Shown one piece after another: positions 11,040 to 19,472 of a DNA stretch of 64,000 nucleotides; the first letter of the stretch is position 1; each line of letters starts with the position of its first letter. The position numbers and the translations under genes were made by a program. The notes under the pieces are model-generated. The model was given only the letters and a program-made list of their open reading frames with translations, did not search any database and was not told the origin of the DNA. The stretch is from a virus: positions 40,909-104,908 of IMG/VR virus record IMGVR_UViG_3300032093_000042. One strand, written 5' to 3'.

Positions 11040-11774
11040 ATGGTTAAATTTTTAAAAAATCAAGATATTCAGGTAACTACATTTGCGATTGCTAAAAATA
11101 AAATAGCTAATACCTTATTTTCCGATTTGTTATTAGCAAGCGATGGCACATATGATTTTCCGTTAATAATACCGGTTGAACAGTGTGTTTATAATTTTAA
11201 CACTTTAGCCACCGGTTCATTTGTTACCGTGGCGAGTTCATCGTGTGATGGTTCCACTATTAATACTAACGGATATTTAGCGTGTTCTCCCAATTTAAAC
11301 GAAAATAATCCAAATATGCAGTTTGGATTCAAACAGTCTGCCGATTCAGTTTTTTATCCAATTGGCACGCCAGAATATAATTCGGTAAATAATCCTATAA
11401 ATTCCGACGGTACATACCAAGTACAAGTATATAATACTATAAAAAATATGTATTATAATACTTACAATAATTCTTATCAGATATTCGGCTTTGATGGATT
11501 TAATAATTCCAACACTAAGTTGCAACTTGACGATAAGTTTATAAGTTATACTTTAAATGTTACACAAAGTGGAGATAGAATTAGACAAAAAAGTGTTGTT
11601 ATTAATAATCAAACAGGAGATATAGTTGCCGATATTAAAGATGACGGTTTAAATAATTTATATTTGTCAGGTTCGTATTTTGTTAATAACTATAATATAT
11701 ATTCAAATACAACCGATACTGTGACTAACACCGGTGAAAGTGGTTTGGGAAGATATTTGATAAACAATAACTAG
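11040..11774 (+). CDS. Baseplate structural protein (looks like the N-terminal part of a 9898-like paralogue)
   Basis: QDIQVTTF and GDRI..KDDGLNNLY motifs; same frame as 11796..14450 but separated from it by two TAG codons. Confidence 0.55.
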   Translation: MVKFLKNQDIQVTTFAIAKNKIANTLFSDLLLASDGTYDFPLIIPVEQCVYNFNTLATGSFVTVASSSCDGSTINTNGYLACSPNLNENNPNMQFGFKQSADSVFYPIGTPEYNSVNNPINSDGTYQVQVYNTIKNMYYNTYNNSYQIFGFDGFNNSNTKLQLDDKFISYTLNVTQSGDRIRQKSVVINNQTGDIVADIKDDGLNNLYLSGSYFVNNYNIYSNTTDTVTNTGESGLGRYLINNN

Positions 11775-11783
11775 TTACAATTA

Positions 11784-11791
11784 TATTTATA
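11784..11791 (+). promoter_or_regulatory. Putative late promoter box TATTTATA
   Basis: 4 nt upstream of ATG 11796. Confidence 0.6.
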
Positions 11792-11795
11792 GTTA

Positions 11796-14450
11796 ATGGC
11801 GAATTTAGACACAATTTATAATGAAAATTATGGTTCAACCGTAGTAACCAACGGTGATTTTATTGCTATAGGCAATCCACCGTGGAAAAAATACTCACAA
11901 TGTGAGGGATTTTCAAGAATAGGTCAAGTATTTTTAATTAAAAATGATCGGTTTAATTCAAAATATCCTGTTATCAAAACGTATACAAAAAAGTTTTCTA
12001 CTGAAAATGGTTATTTACCTACATATTATACTGAACAGAGTAGTAGTACATCATTTACAGCATCGTTTACAAAAGATGACGGTTACTACAACGATACATC
12101 CACATCATGTAGTTATTTAGTAATTGAAGATGATAATATACACACATATCAGTCAAATTACGGATCTTCAATTGACATGTGTGATTATTTCTTAGCGATA
12201 GGAGATACAGGTGTAACAGCTAGTTTTTATACAGGTTATACATCTTCGTTTGCTTCCGTAGATATTTATGTAATTAATTCTAATTATACATACGACACAT
12301 CTAACGGCATAATGTCTTCGTTTAATGATTGTGACTCGGAATCAAATAGTCAGTTAGACAATAGTCCGGTTTGTGTAATAACTGGATCTATATCCGAACA
12401 TTTCGGTAAAACCGTAAGTATTACTAATAATTATCTAGCGGTTGGTGCACCTAATTACAATTCAGGAAGAGGCTGTGTTTATATATACAAATATGTAGAC
12501 TCAGAATGTATATATCAACTGCAATCTACGGTGTCGTGTAGTTTAACTACATATCCATTACAATATAATTTCGGCAGTTCTATATGCTTAGATAAAGCTA
12601 CAGAAACTACACTGGTAGTAGGTAGTAATCAACTTTCACAATCAAACGTTTATATATTTATATCATCTTCAAATGGTTGGCAACTAAAACAAACGTTAAG
12701 TCAAAATACGAGTTCTAACTATTATAAATTAAACGACGCAAACTTTGATTTTGTTGCGAGTGGCAGTCAGATAAATTCTAGATATGGATATTCGGTATCA
12801 ATACACAAAAATTTACTAGCCGTAGGTGCACCAAATGATTTGATTTATTGGGAATATTCTGGATCAAATGTATTAAGACAACGTGGATCCGTTTATTTGT
12901 ATACCGATGATATTTGTAACAATTCGGAAATAAGTGGTAATTTATTAGTAAACTATACGTTGTTAACGAAAGTATACGGAGACTCATCCACATTTAAAGA
13001 TAATTTATTTGGATTTTCAGTATCCACACATAATAATAAAGTTTTGATCGGATCGCCAAAACCATATTTTCCATTTAGTTCTATTTTTATTTCAAGTTCC
13101 ATAGATTTTTATGATAATACATTCGATCAAACCGATTTCGGAGAATCTACGTATTGTGGCCAAACTTTATTATATTATGTAACTAATTCCAACGTAGTAC
13201 AACTGACTACAACTCCTATTTCAAAGCGAAAAGAATTAGGCAAACCGTACAATGCATTCGGATATTCTGTATCTGTGTCAGACGACAATTTAGTTATAGG
13301 AGCTCCCATACCACTTAACGACGATTTTCATCTACAAAGTTTGATAATAACCGAATCAGGCAGCGCTTCTCAACCACTTTATAAATTAACATCGTCTTAT
13401 CAAAGTGAAGACTGTTATATAACTTCTAGTTTTGTTTTAAATCAACTCGAAGAATGTATTAGTTGTGATTTTGGCGGTCCTATTAGTGGCGCTATTAGTG
13501 GCGCTATTGGTGGTGTATGTGACAATCTGATTATATTTGTTAACGAAGACGGAGATACTCAATACGTATCAAGTCAAATATTCGGCATGTCTTACATCTA
13601 TGACATGAAAGATTTACAAAAAAATCATCACGTTGGTAATGTGTTTTACAATAATAATAAAATTGTTATTAATAATACAGGTAGTATATTAAAGAATTTG
13701 ACACTTGATCCCACCGATTTTAACAATTCATATTTGTATATGGATTATCAAAGTCAAATGTCTCTACATGAAAAACAGTATATATGTACAATTGAACCCG
13801 GCGAATTTAACGTTTCAACAAATCCATCTGCAATAACATCTTCATACTTTGAATATGATATACTGAATAAAAACGTGTTTGATTTTAATAATCTTGATAT
13901 TATAATGAGATATCTAAATTATAGAATTACAAATAATTCTTCGGAGAAATGGTGGTTAAATTTTGTGAGCGGTGATGTAGATGAATCCGTGTTTAATTAT
14001 TACACATCTTCATTTACGAATTACGACGATAATCGTCTAACACAAACAATAAAAGATAAGTTCTGTGACGTCGATTTAGATATTAACAACGATGGTGTTA
14101 CAAATAATCAAGACGCAGAAATATTATGGAAATATTTTATAAATGATTTGACAATAAATAATTATCAGAATTATTTAAATCCACGAGCAAAACGTACAAA
14201 TTATGATAATATTGTTGGATTTTTAAATGAAAAAACGGGAAAATTTAATACAAAACTAATTAAACAAGAATTTTTTAATTTTAATTATAGTTCTTCAATT
14301 GATATAACAGGTTCATATCTAGCCCCATATATTACAACGGTTGGTTTATACAGCGATCAAGGAGAATTGGTCGCGGTTGCTAAATTAGCTCAACCAATTA
14401 AAAATACAAGTGAAATTCCAATTAATATTGTTGTTAAATGGGATACTTAA
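11796..14450 (+). CDS. Baseplate protein with FG-GAP beta-propeller repeats and a dockerin/EF-hand-like loop
   Basis: Repeated FG.SVS....LAVGAP....G.VY.Y units; DINNDGVTNNQDAEIL; C-terminal PYITTVGLY..ELVAVAKLAQPIK. Confidence 0.7.
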   Translation: MANLDTIYNENYGSTVVTNGDFIAIGNPPWKKYSQCEGFSRIGQVFLIKNDRFNSKYPVIKTYTKKFSTENGYLPTYYTEQSSSTSFTASFTKDDGYYNDTSTSCSYLVIEDDNIHTYQSNYGSSIDMCDYFLAIGDTGVTASFYTGYTSSFASVDIYVINSNYTYDTSNGIMSSFNDCDSESNSQLDNSPVCVITGSISEHFGKTVSITNNYLAVGAPNYNSGRGCVYIYKYVDSECIYQLQSTVSCSLTTYPLQYNFGSSICLDKATETTLVVGSNQLSQSNVYIFISSSNGWQLKQTLSQNTSSNYYKLNDANFDFVASGSQINSRYGYSVSIHKNLLAVGAPNDLIYWEYSGSNVLRQRGSVYLYTDDICNNSEISGNLLVNYTLLTKVYGDSSTFKDNLFGFSVSTHNNKVLIGSPKPYFPFSSIFISSSIDFYDNTFDQTDFGESTYCGQTLLYYVTNSNVVQLTTTPISKRKELGKPYNAFGYSVSVSDDNLVIGAPIPLNDDFHLQSLIITESGSASQPLYKLTSSYQSEDCYITSSFVLNQLEECISCDFGGPISGAISGAIGGVCDNLIIFVNEDGDTQYVSSQIFGMSYIYDMKDLQKNHHVGNVFYNNNKIVINNTGSILKNLTLDPTDFNNSYLYMDYQSQMSLHEKQYICTIEPGEFNVSTNPSAITSSYFEYDILNKNVFDFNNLDIIMRYLNYRITNNSSEKWWLNFVSGDVDESVFNYYTSSFTNYDDNRLTQTIKDKFCDVDLDINNDGVTNNQDAEILWKYFINDLTINNYQNYLNPRAKRTNYDNIVGFLNEKTGKFNTKLIKQEFFNFNYSSSIDITGSYLAPYITTVGLYSDQGELVAVAKLAQPIKNTSEIPINIVVKWDT

Positions 14451-14481
14451 TTATATTTATTATATATAACACAATAAAAAT

Positions 14482-14805
14482 ATGGCAACCTCACCTGATA
14501 GTAAAAAAATTAATCGTGAATCATTAAATCAAAGTCTATCCGACAGATACATTAGTGGTCAATCCGCAGGCGGCGCATATCAGCCAGTACAAAAAAACGT
14601 TAAGACAGTTGGGTCCAATGAAATTTCGTTAGGCGGTAGTACTTTTGATACAAACTATACTGTAACCAAGGGTTTTAAAATTAAACAAGGTACACAACAA
14701 ACCGAGTTTAAAGACGCTGTTGATGGTCAACGATCATTACAACAGTCAATATATTTAAAAGGTTTTAATAATAAGAAATATACTAACGGATCTTTTGGTC
14801 GTTAA
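14482..14805 (+). CDS. Hypothetical protein
   Basis: 107 aa ORF with TATTTATT box upstream (14454-14461). Confidence 0.6.
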   Translation: MATSPDSKKINRESLNQSLSDRYISGQSAGGAYQPVQKNVKTVGSNEISLGGSTFDTNYTVTKGFKIKQGTQQTEFKDAVDGQRSLQQSIYLKGFNNKKYTNGSFGR

Positions 14806-14817
14806 TATATATTCTAA

Positions 14818-15327
14818 ATGGTTATATTAGGATTAGATTCATCGACATCAGTAACAGGTTGGGCTTTCAGTGAAAACGGAAAGATACTGGATGCTGGCTT
14901 TATTGACACAAAAAAATTTGATACGACTAAAGAAAAAACATTTCATGTAATTTCAGAGTTGGAATCAAACAAATATTGTAAATTATTTGAACAAATTAAC
15001 TTGGAAGCTGCTCTAAGCGGGTTCGCCGGCGGTTTTACTAGTCAACAAACGATTATTACACTCGCAAGACACAACGCGGTCTTTGCATACATAATAGAAG
15101 AACACTTTAAAAAGAAAGTAAACCTATTGAGCGTAAATACAATGCGTAAGCAAATATTTGGTAAATGTAGAATCAAAGGAATAAAGTCCAAAGACTTTGT
15201 TAAGCAAGAGTTGGAATCGTTGATACCAGACGTTGTTAACTTTACGGTTAAGAATAAAAAAGGTAATTGGGATGAACGCAACTGTGATATGTATGACGCT
15301 ATCGTAGCCGGCTTATATAAAAATTAA
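14818..15327 (+). CDS. RuvC-like Holliday junction resolvase
   Basis: ILGLDSSTSVTGWA, acidic E in INLE, C-terminal DMYDAIVAG; RNase H-fold catalytic pattern. Confidence 0.85.
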   Translation: MVILGLDSSTSVTGWAFSENGKILDAGFIDTKKFDTTKEKTFHVISELESNKYCKLFEQINLEAALSGFAGGFTSQQTIITLARHNAVFAYIIEEHFKKKVNLLSVNTMRKQIFGKCRIKGIKSKDFVKQELESLIPDVVNFTVKNKKGNWDERNCDMYDAIVAGLYKN

Positions 15328-15332
15328 AGTGC

Positions 15333-15361
15333 TTGATTAAATTTAAATGTTTTGATATACT
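15333..15361 (+). promoter_or_regulatory. Sigma70-type promoter, TTGATT-17-TATACT with extended -10 (TGnTATACT)
   Basis: TTGATT at 15333-15338, TATACT at 15356-15361, TG at 15353-15354; ATG follows 7 nt later. Confidence 0.65.
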
Positions 15362-15368
15362 ATAGTAA

Positions 15369-16286
15369 ATGACTAATGGTTCTGTTATAGAAACGCTTTC
15401 AAAACTGTTTAAGCAAAAGCCTCATATACAAAAAGGTGGAGATGAAATATTAGTTTTTTGTCCGAATTGTAAACATCACAAAAGAAAATTAAATATCAAC
15501 ACCACAACCGGTTATTATCAGTGTTGGGTATGTGGCTTTAGTGGTAAAAGTTTTACGTCTTTGTTGAAGAAAGTAAAAGCGCCTGCTGAATTTTATAAGG
15601 TATTGTGTAAGGACAAAGTTAAGATAACTTATACAATTGAAGAAGATAAAAAAGATCTCGTTTTACCTGAAGAATTTAAACCTTTGTGTAAACCCAATAA
15701 AGACTTTGCTTATAAACACGCTTTAAACTATTGTTTACAACGTAATCTTACAATTCATGAAATTGTTAGATACAACATTGGATACTGTTCCGAAGGCAAT
15801 TTTGCTAATAGGGTAATTATTCCATCATATGACAAAGACGGAAAGTTAAACTTTTATTGTGGTAGAGATTTTTGTGGCGGCAAACTCAAATACAGACTGT
15901 GTGATGGTAGTAAAGATATAATTGGCTTTGAATTATTTACAGACTTTAATCAACCTCTCACAATCGTAGAAGGACCGTTTGATGCTTTGTCGGTTAAATA
16001 CAACGTCGTACCTTTATTTGGTAAAACTCTATCAAGAAAATTAAAAATAAAATTGATGGTGAATAAACCACCTAGAGTAAATGTTCTTTTGGATAACGAT
16101 GCTTTATCTTCAAGTATCAAAATCTGTGAGTTTTTAGTAAGTAACAATATAGAAACACACTTGGTATTGTTGGATGGCAAAGATCCAAATGAAATAGGTC
16201 ACAAAAAAACTTGGCAAACCATCAGTAACAGTGTTAGAATGGATGAAAGTCTATTGTACCGATATAAGTTAACAAATAAATTATGA
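15369..16286 (+). CDS. DNA primase (Zn finger + TOPRIM)
   Basis: CPNC..H..CWVC zinc-binding domain; RVIIP, GR, VEGPFDA, LLDND and KDPNE TOPRIM motifs. Confidence 0.88.
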   Translation: MTNGSVIETLSKLFKQKPHIQKGGDEILVFCPNCKHHKRKLNINTTTGYYQCWVCGFSGKSFTSLLKKVKAPAEFYKVLCKDKVKITYTIEEDKKDLVLPEEFKPLCKPNKDFAYKHALNYCLQRNLTIHEIVRYNIGYCSEGNFANRVIIPSYDKDGKLNFYCGRDFCGGKLKYRLCDGSKDIIGFELFTDFNQPLTIVEGPFDALSVKYNVVPLFGKTLSRKLKIKLMVNKPPRVNVLLDNDALSSSIKICEFLVSNNIETHLVLLDGKDPNEIGHKKTWQTISNSVRMDESLLYRYKLTNKL

Positions 16287-19200
16287 TTGTATTAAAAAAT
16301 ACAGATGAAAAAATCAATTGCATAGTGCACATTGCAGATATTCATATTCGTCTTACACAAAGACACGATGAATATAAGTCGGTTTTTCAAAAGTTTTATG
16401 CAGCCCTTGATAAAGCAAAAACACTAAATGCATTGTTAGTAATTGCAGGTGACATTTTTCATAATAAATCCGATCTAAGTCCGGAGTGTGTGAAAATTGG
16501 AAGTGAATTTTTAAAGAACTGTGCAGATCGTCTTCCTACAATTCTCATAGCTGGAAATCATGATGCTACATTAGCTAATAAATCTAGATTAGATTGTTTA
16601 ACTCCAATCGTAGACAGTTTAAATCATTCAAATCTTTATTACTTAAAAGCTAGTGATGTATTTAGATATGAAAACATCTTATTTAATAATTTCAGTGTAT
16701 TTGATAGTCCTGAAAAATACGTAAAATTAGACGATGTACCCGCAAAGTATCTGGTTGGTACGGATCATCATATTGCACTATTTCACGGCCCAGTAAATAA
16801 TGCAATTACTGATATTGGATATACCGTGAGCAATCGTGCAATCACAAACGAACTGTTTGATGGACATCATATTGCAATGTTGGGTGATATTCATAAACAT
16901 CAAGTTCTACAAGAATATGATGAAAAGGAAAATAAACCAGTCATTGCATATGCATCAAGCATGATTCAACAAAATCATGGTGAAGAACTTAGAGGACATG
17001 GATTTTTGATGTGGGACTTAAAACGTAAAGTATTTAAACACTACGAGTTATCTAATGACTATGGGTTTTATACAGTTGAAATTAACAAAGGCAAACTAGT
17101 AACGGATATTTCATCAATTCCAAAGAAGGTTACATTAAGAGTAATCTGTAGGGAATCTATACCCTCACAGGTAAAGGAAATCGTAAGTGAAATTAAAGAA
17201 AAATGTACTTTAGTTGAAACTACTTATGTTCGTGGCGATGAACTTTCTAATGATTTGACTTTAAAGTCTGGTCAGATATTTGACATACACAACATTTTTA
17301 ATGTAGATTATCAAAATAAACTTATTGAAGATAATCTCTTAACTAAGAACATAGATAAAGATATCATAGAGAAGGTTAAAGAGTTAAATAAATCTCTAAA
17401 CAAAGAGATATCTAAAGATAAGACACCAAAGAACATTCGATGGAAGCCAAAGATGTTTGAGTTTGATAACATGTTTAGTTATGGTGAGGGTAACATAATT
17501 GATTTCACAAAACTAAAAGGCACTATCGGATTATTTGCACCAAATGCAAGTGGTAAATCAAGCATCATGGATGCACTTGCATTTTGTGTATTTGATAAGT
17601 TTAGTAAAGGGTTCAAAGCATCACATGTTTTAAATACTCAAAAGATGAGCTTTCGTTGTAAATTTAATTTTGAGGTCAACGGTGTTGATTACTTTATTGA
17701 ACGTGATGGTAAATCCGATAAAAAAGGAAATGTTAAAGTTGAGGTTAAGTTCTATAAAATAGAAAACGGTAATGAAGTACCATTAAACGGAGAAGCTCGG
17801 CGAAGTACAAATGATATAATCAGAGATTACGTAGGCACGTATGAAGATTTTATTTTAACGGTTCTTAGTATACAAAATAGTAAGGCCGGATCTTTTATCG
17901 ATCTGGGTCAAACTGAACGTAAAGATTTGTTGTGCCAATTTATGGGATTAACTGTATTTGATCAATTGTATAATTTGGCAAATGATAAGTTTAAAGAAAC
18001 AAATACACTTTTAAAGAATGTAAGCAAAGAACAGTTACTACAAGAATTACAAAATGTATCCAGTAGTATTGATAGTAATAATACAAGTATTACACAATAC
18101 AATTTAGAAGTAAAAGACTTAGAATCTAAAAAAGATGATCATAATAACAAGTTATTAGAACTATCAAATAATGTTATTAAGACATCTTCGTTTGATATTG
18201 ACATTACTAAACTAGAATCCGAAAAGAAATCTTTAGAATCTAATATCAATAGATTTGAAAAAGATATCAATGATAAAAAGACCAAGTTTTCATCTATTGA
18301 AACTGAGTTATATAGTTTATCTTCTTCATTAAAAAGTTGTGAAAATATAGAAACCGATTATGATCAATATAAAATTTATAAAGATGAAGAATCAAAAAAA
18401 TCTTCAGAAATTGATAAGCTTAAAGTAGTAGTTAAAAATAAAATTGATAAACTTAAAAAATTAGAAGAACACAAATATGATCCTAATTGTACGTATTGTA
18501 TAAATAACGTTTTTGTGAAAGATGCTATCAAGACTAAAGAAGAACTGGAACATGATAAAAACAAAGGAAAATTATTGGTAGAAGAATATAATGTTATTAA
18601 ATCTAAGTTAGATTTTTTTGGTGACATTGAATCTCGTTACAAAGAATGTCAACGTGTAAATTCTGAAAAGGTTAGATTAGAAAAATCCAAAGAGATTTTG
18701 TCTACAGCAATACTACGTGATGAAAATTTTAAAATCAGATTACAAAACGATTTGAGTAATGTAATTCATAATATTGAAAATTTTTATAAAAATAAAGATA
18801 TTATTGAAAATAACATCAAGTTAATAACAGAAATTGATGTTGTAAAATCTTCTATCAAAGATTATGAATCTCAGATTAAATCATTGAATAATAAATTGTT
18901 TAATATTTCTACGGAAAAAGGAAGACTTGAGTTGCAGTATAAAAATACTACCGATCAACTTAGCAAAGTTAAAGAGCTTGAAGATTCGTATGAGTCTTAT
19001 AAACTATATACCAATGTTATAAGTCGGGATGGAATTCCGTATGAAATTATTACCAAGACTTTGCCTGAAATTGAAAAAGAAGTTAATAATATTCTTCAAC
19101 AGTTAGTTGAGTTTACAGTAACTATGCAAACAGATGGTAAGAATATTATGACTAATATAGTTTATGACGATAAACGTTGGCCACTTGAAATGGCAAGTGG

Positions 19201-19468
19201 CATGGAGAAGTTTGTAAGTGGATTAGCAATTAGAGTTGCTTTAATTAATATTAGTAATTTGCCTAGACCAAATATTATTTGTATAGACGAAGGATTTGGA
19301 TGTGCTGACAGTGATCATTTGGGTCAAATGGGCGTGTTGTTTAATTATTTAAAACATCAATTTGAGTTCATATGGATAATCAGCCATTTGGACCAAATGC
19401 GTGATATGGTGGATACCAGAGTGGAAATAAAAAAAGAAGGAGGATATAGTAAAGTAGTATGTATTTAA
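16283..19468 (+). CDS. Fused SbcD-SbcC (Mre11-Rad50; T4 gp47-gp46) recombination nuclease
   Basis: Metallophosphoesterase motifs ADIH, GDIFH, GNHD, FHG, GDIH; Walker A NASGKSS, coiled coil with CTYC zinc hook, signature ASGMEK, Walker B IDEGFG, H-loop IISH. Confidence 0.92.
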   Translation: MIVLKNTDEKINCIVHIADIHIRLTQRHDEYKSVFQKFYAALDKAKTLNALLVIAGDIFHNKSDLSPECVKIGSEFLKNCADRLPTILIAGNHDATLANKSRLDCLTPIVDSLNHSNLYYLKASDVFRYENILFNNFSVFDSPEKYVKLDDVPAKYLVGTDHHIALFHGPVNNAITDIGYTVSNRAITNELFDGHHIAMLGDIHKHQVLQEYDEKENKPVIAYASSMIQQNHGEELRGHGFLMWDLKRKVFKHYELSNDYGFYTVEINKGKLVTDISSIPKKVTLRVICRESIPSQVKEIVSEIKEKCTLVETTYVRGDELSNDLTLKSGQIFDIHNIFNVDYQNKLIEDNLLTKNIDKDIIEKVKELNKSLNKEISKDKTPKNIRWKPKMFEFDNMFSYGEGNIIDFTKLKGTIGLFAPNASGKSSIMDALAFCVFDKFSKGFKASHVLNTQKMSFRCKFNFEVNGVDYFIERDGKSDKKGNVKVEVKFYKIENGNEVPLNGEARRSTNDIIRDYVGTYEDFILTVLSIQNSKAGSFIDLGQTERKDLLCQFMGLTVFDQLYNLANDKFKETNTLLKNVSKEQLLQELQNVSSSIDSNNTSITQYNLEVKDLESKKDDHNNKLLELSNNVIKTSSFDIDITKLESEKKSLESNINRFEKDINDKKTKFSSIETELYSLSSSLKSCENIETDYDQYKIYKDEESKKSSEIDKLKVVVKNKIDKLKKLEEHKYDPNCTYCINNVFVKDAIKTKEELEHDKNKGKLLVEEYNVIKSKLDFFGDIESRYKECQRVNSEKVRLEKSKEILSTAILRDENFKIRLQNDLSNVIHNIENFYKNKDIIENNIKLITEIDVVKSSIKDYESQIKSLNNKLFNISTEKGRLELQYKNTTDQLSKVKELEDSYESYKLYTNVISRDGIPYEIITKTLPEIEKEVNNILQQLVEFTVTMQTDGKNIMTNIVYDDKRWPLEMASGMEKFVSGLAIRVALINISNLPRPNIICIDEGFGCADSDHLGQMGVLFNYLKHQFEFIWIISHLDQMRDMVDTRVEIKKEGGYSKVVCI

Positions 19469-19472
19469 TATT

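Noticed and set aside
11772-11795. TAG reassignment (alternative genetic code) fusing ORFs 11040 and 11796
   Set aside because: Long genes are intact under the standard code with no internal TAGs, TAG terminates the 40762 ORF, and 11796 has its own promoter box
13473-13514. 12-bp repeat encoding ISGAISGAIGG
   Set aside because: Short in-frame slippage duplication with no evident wider significance
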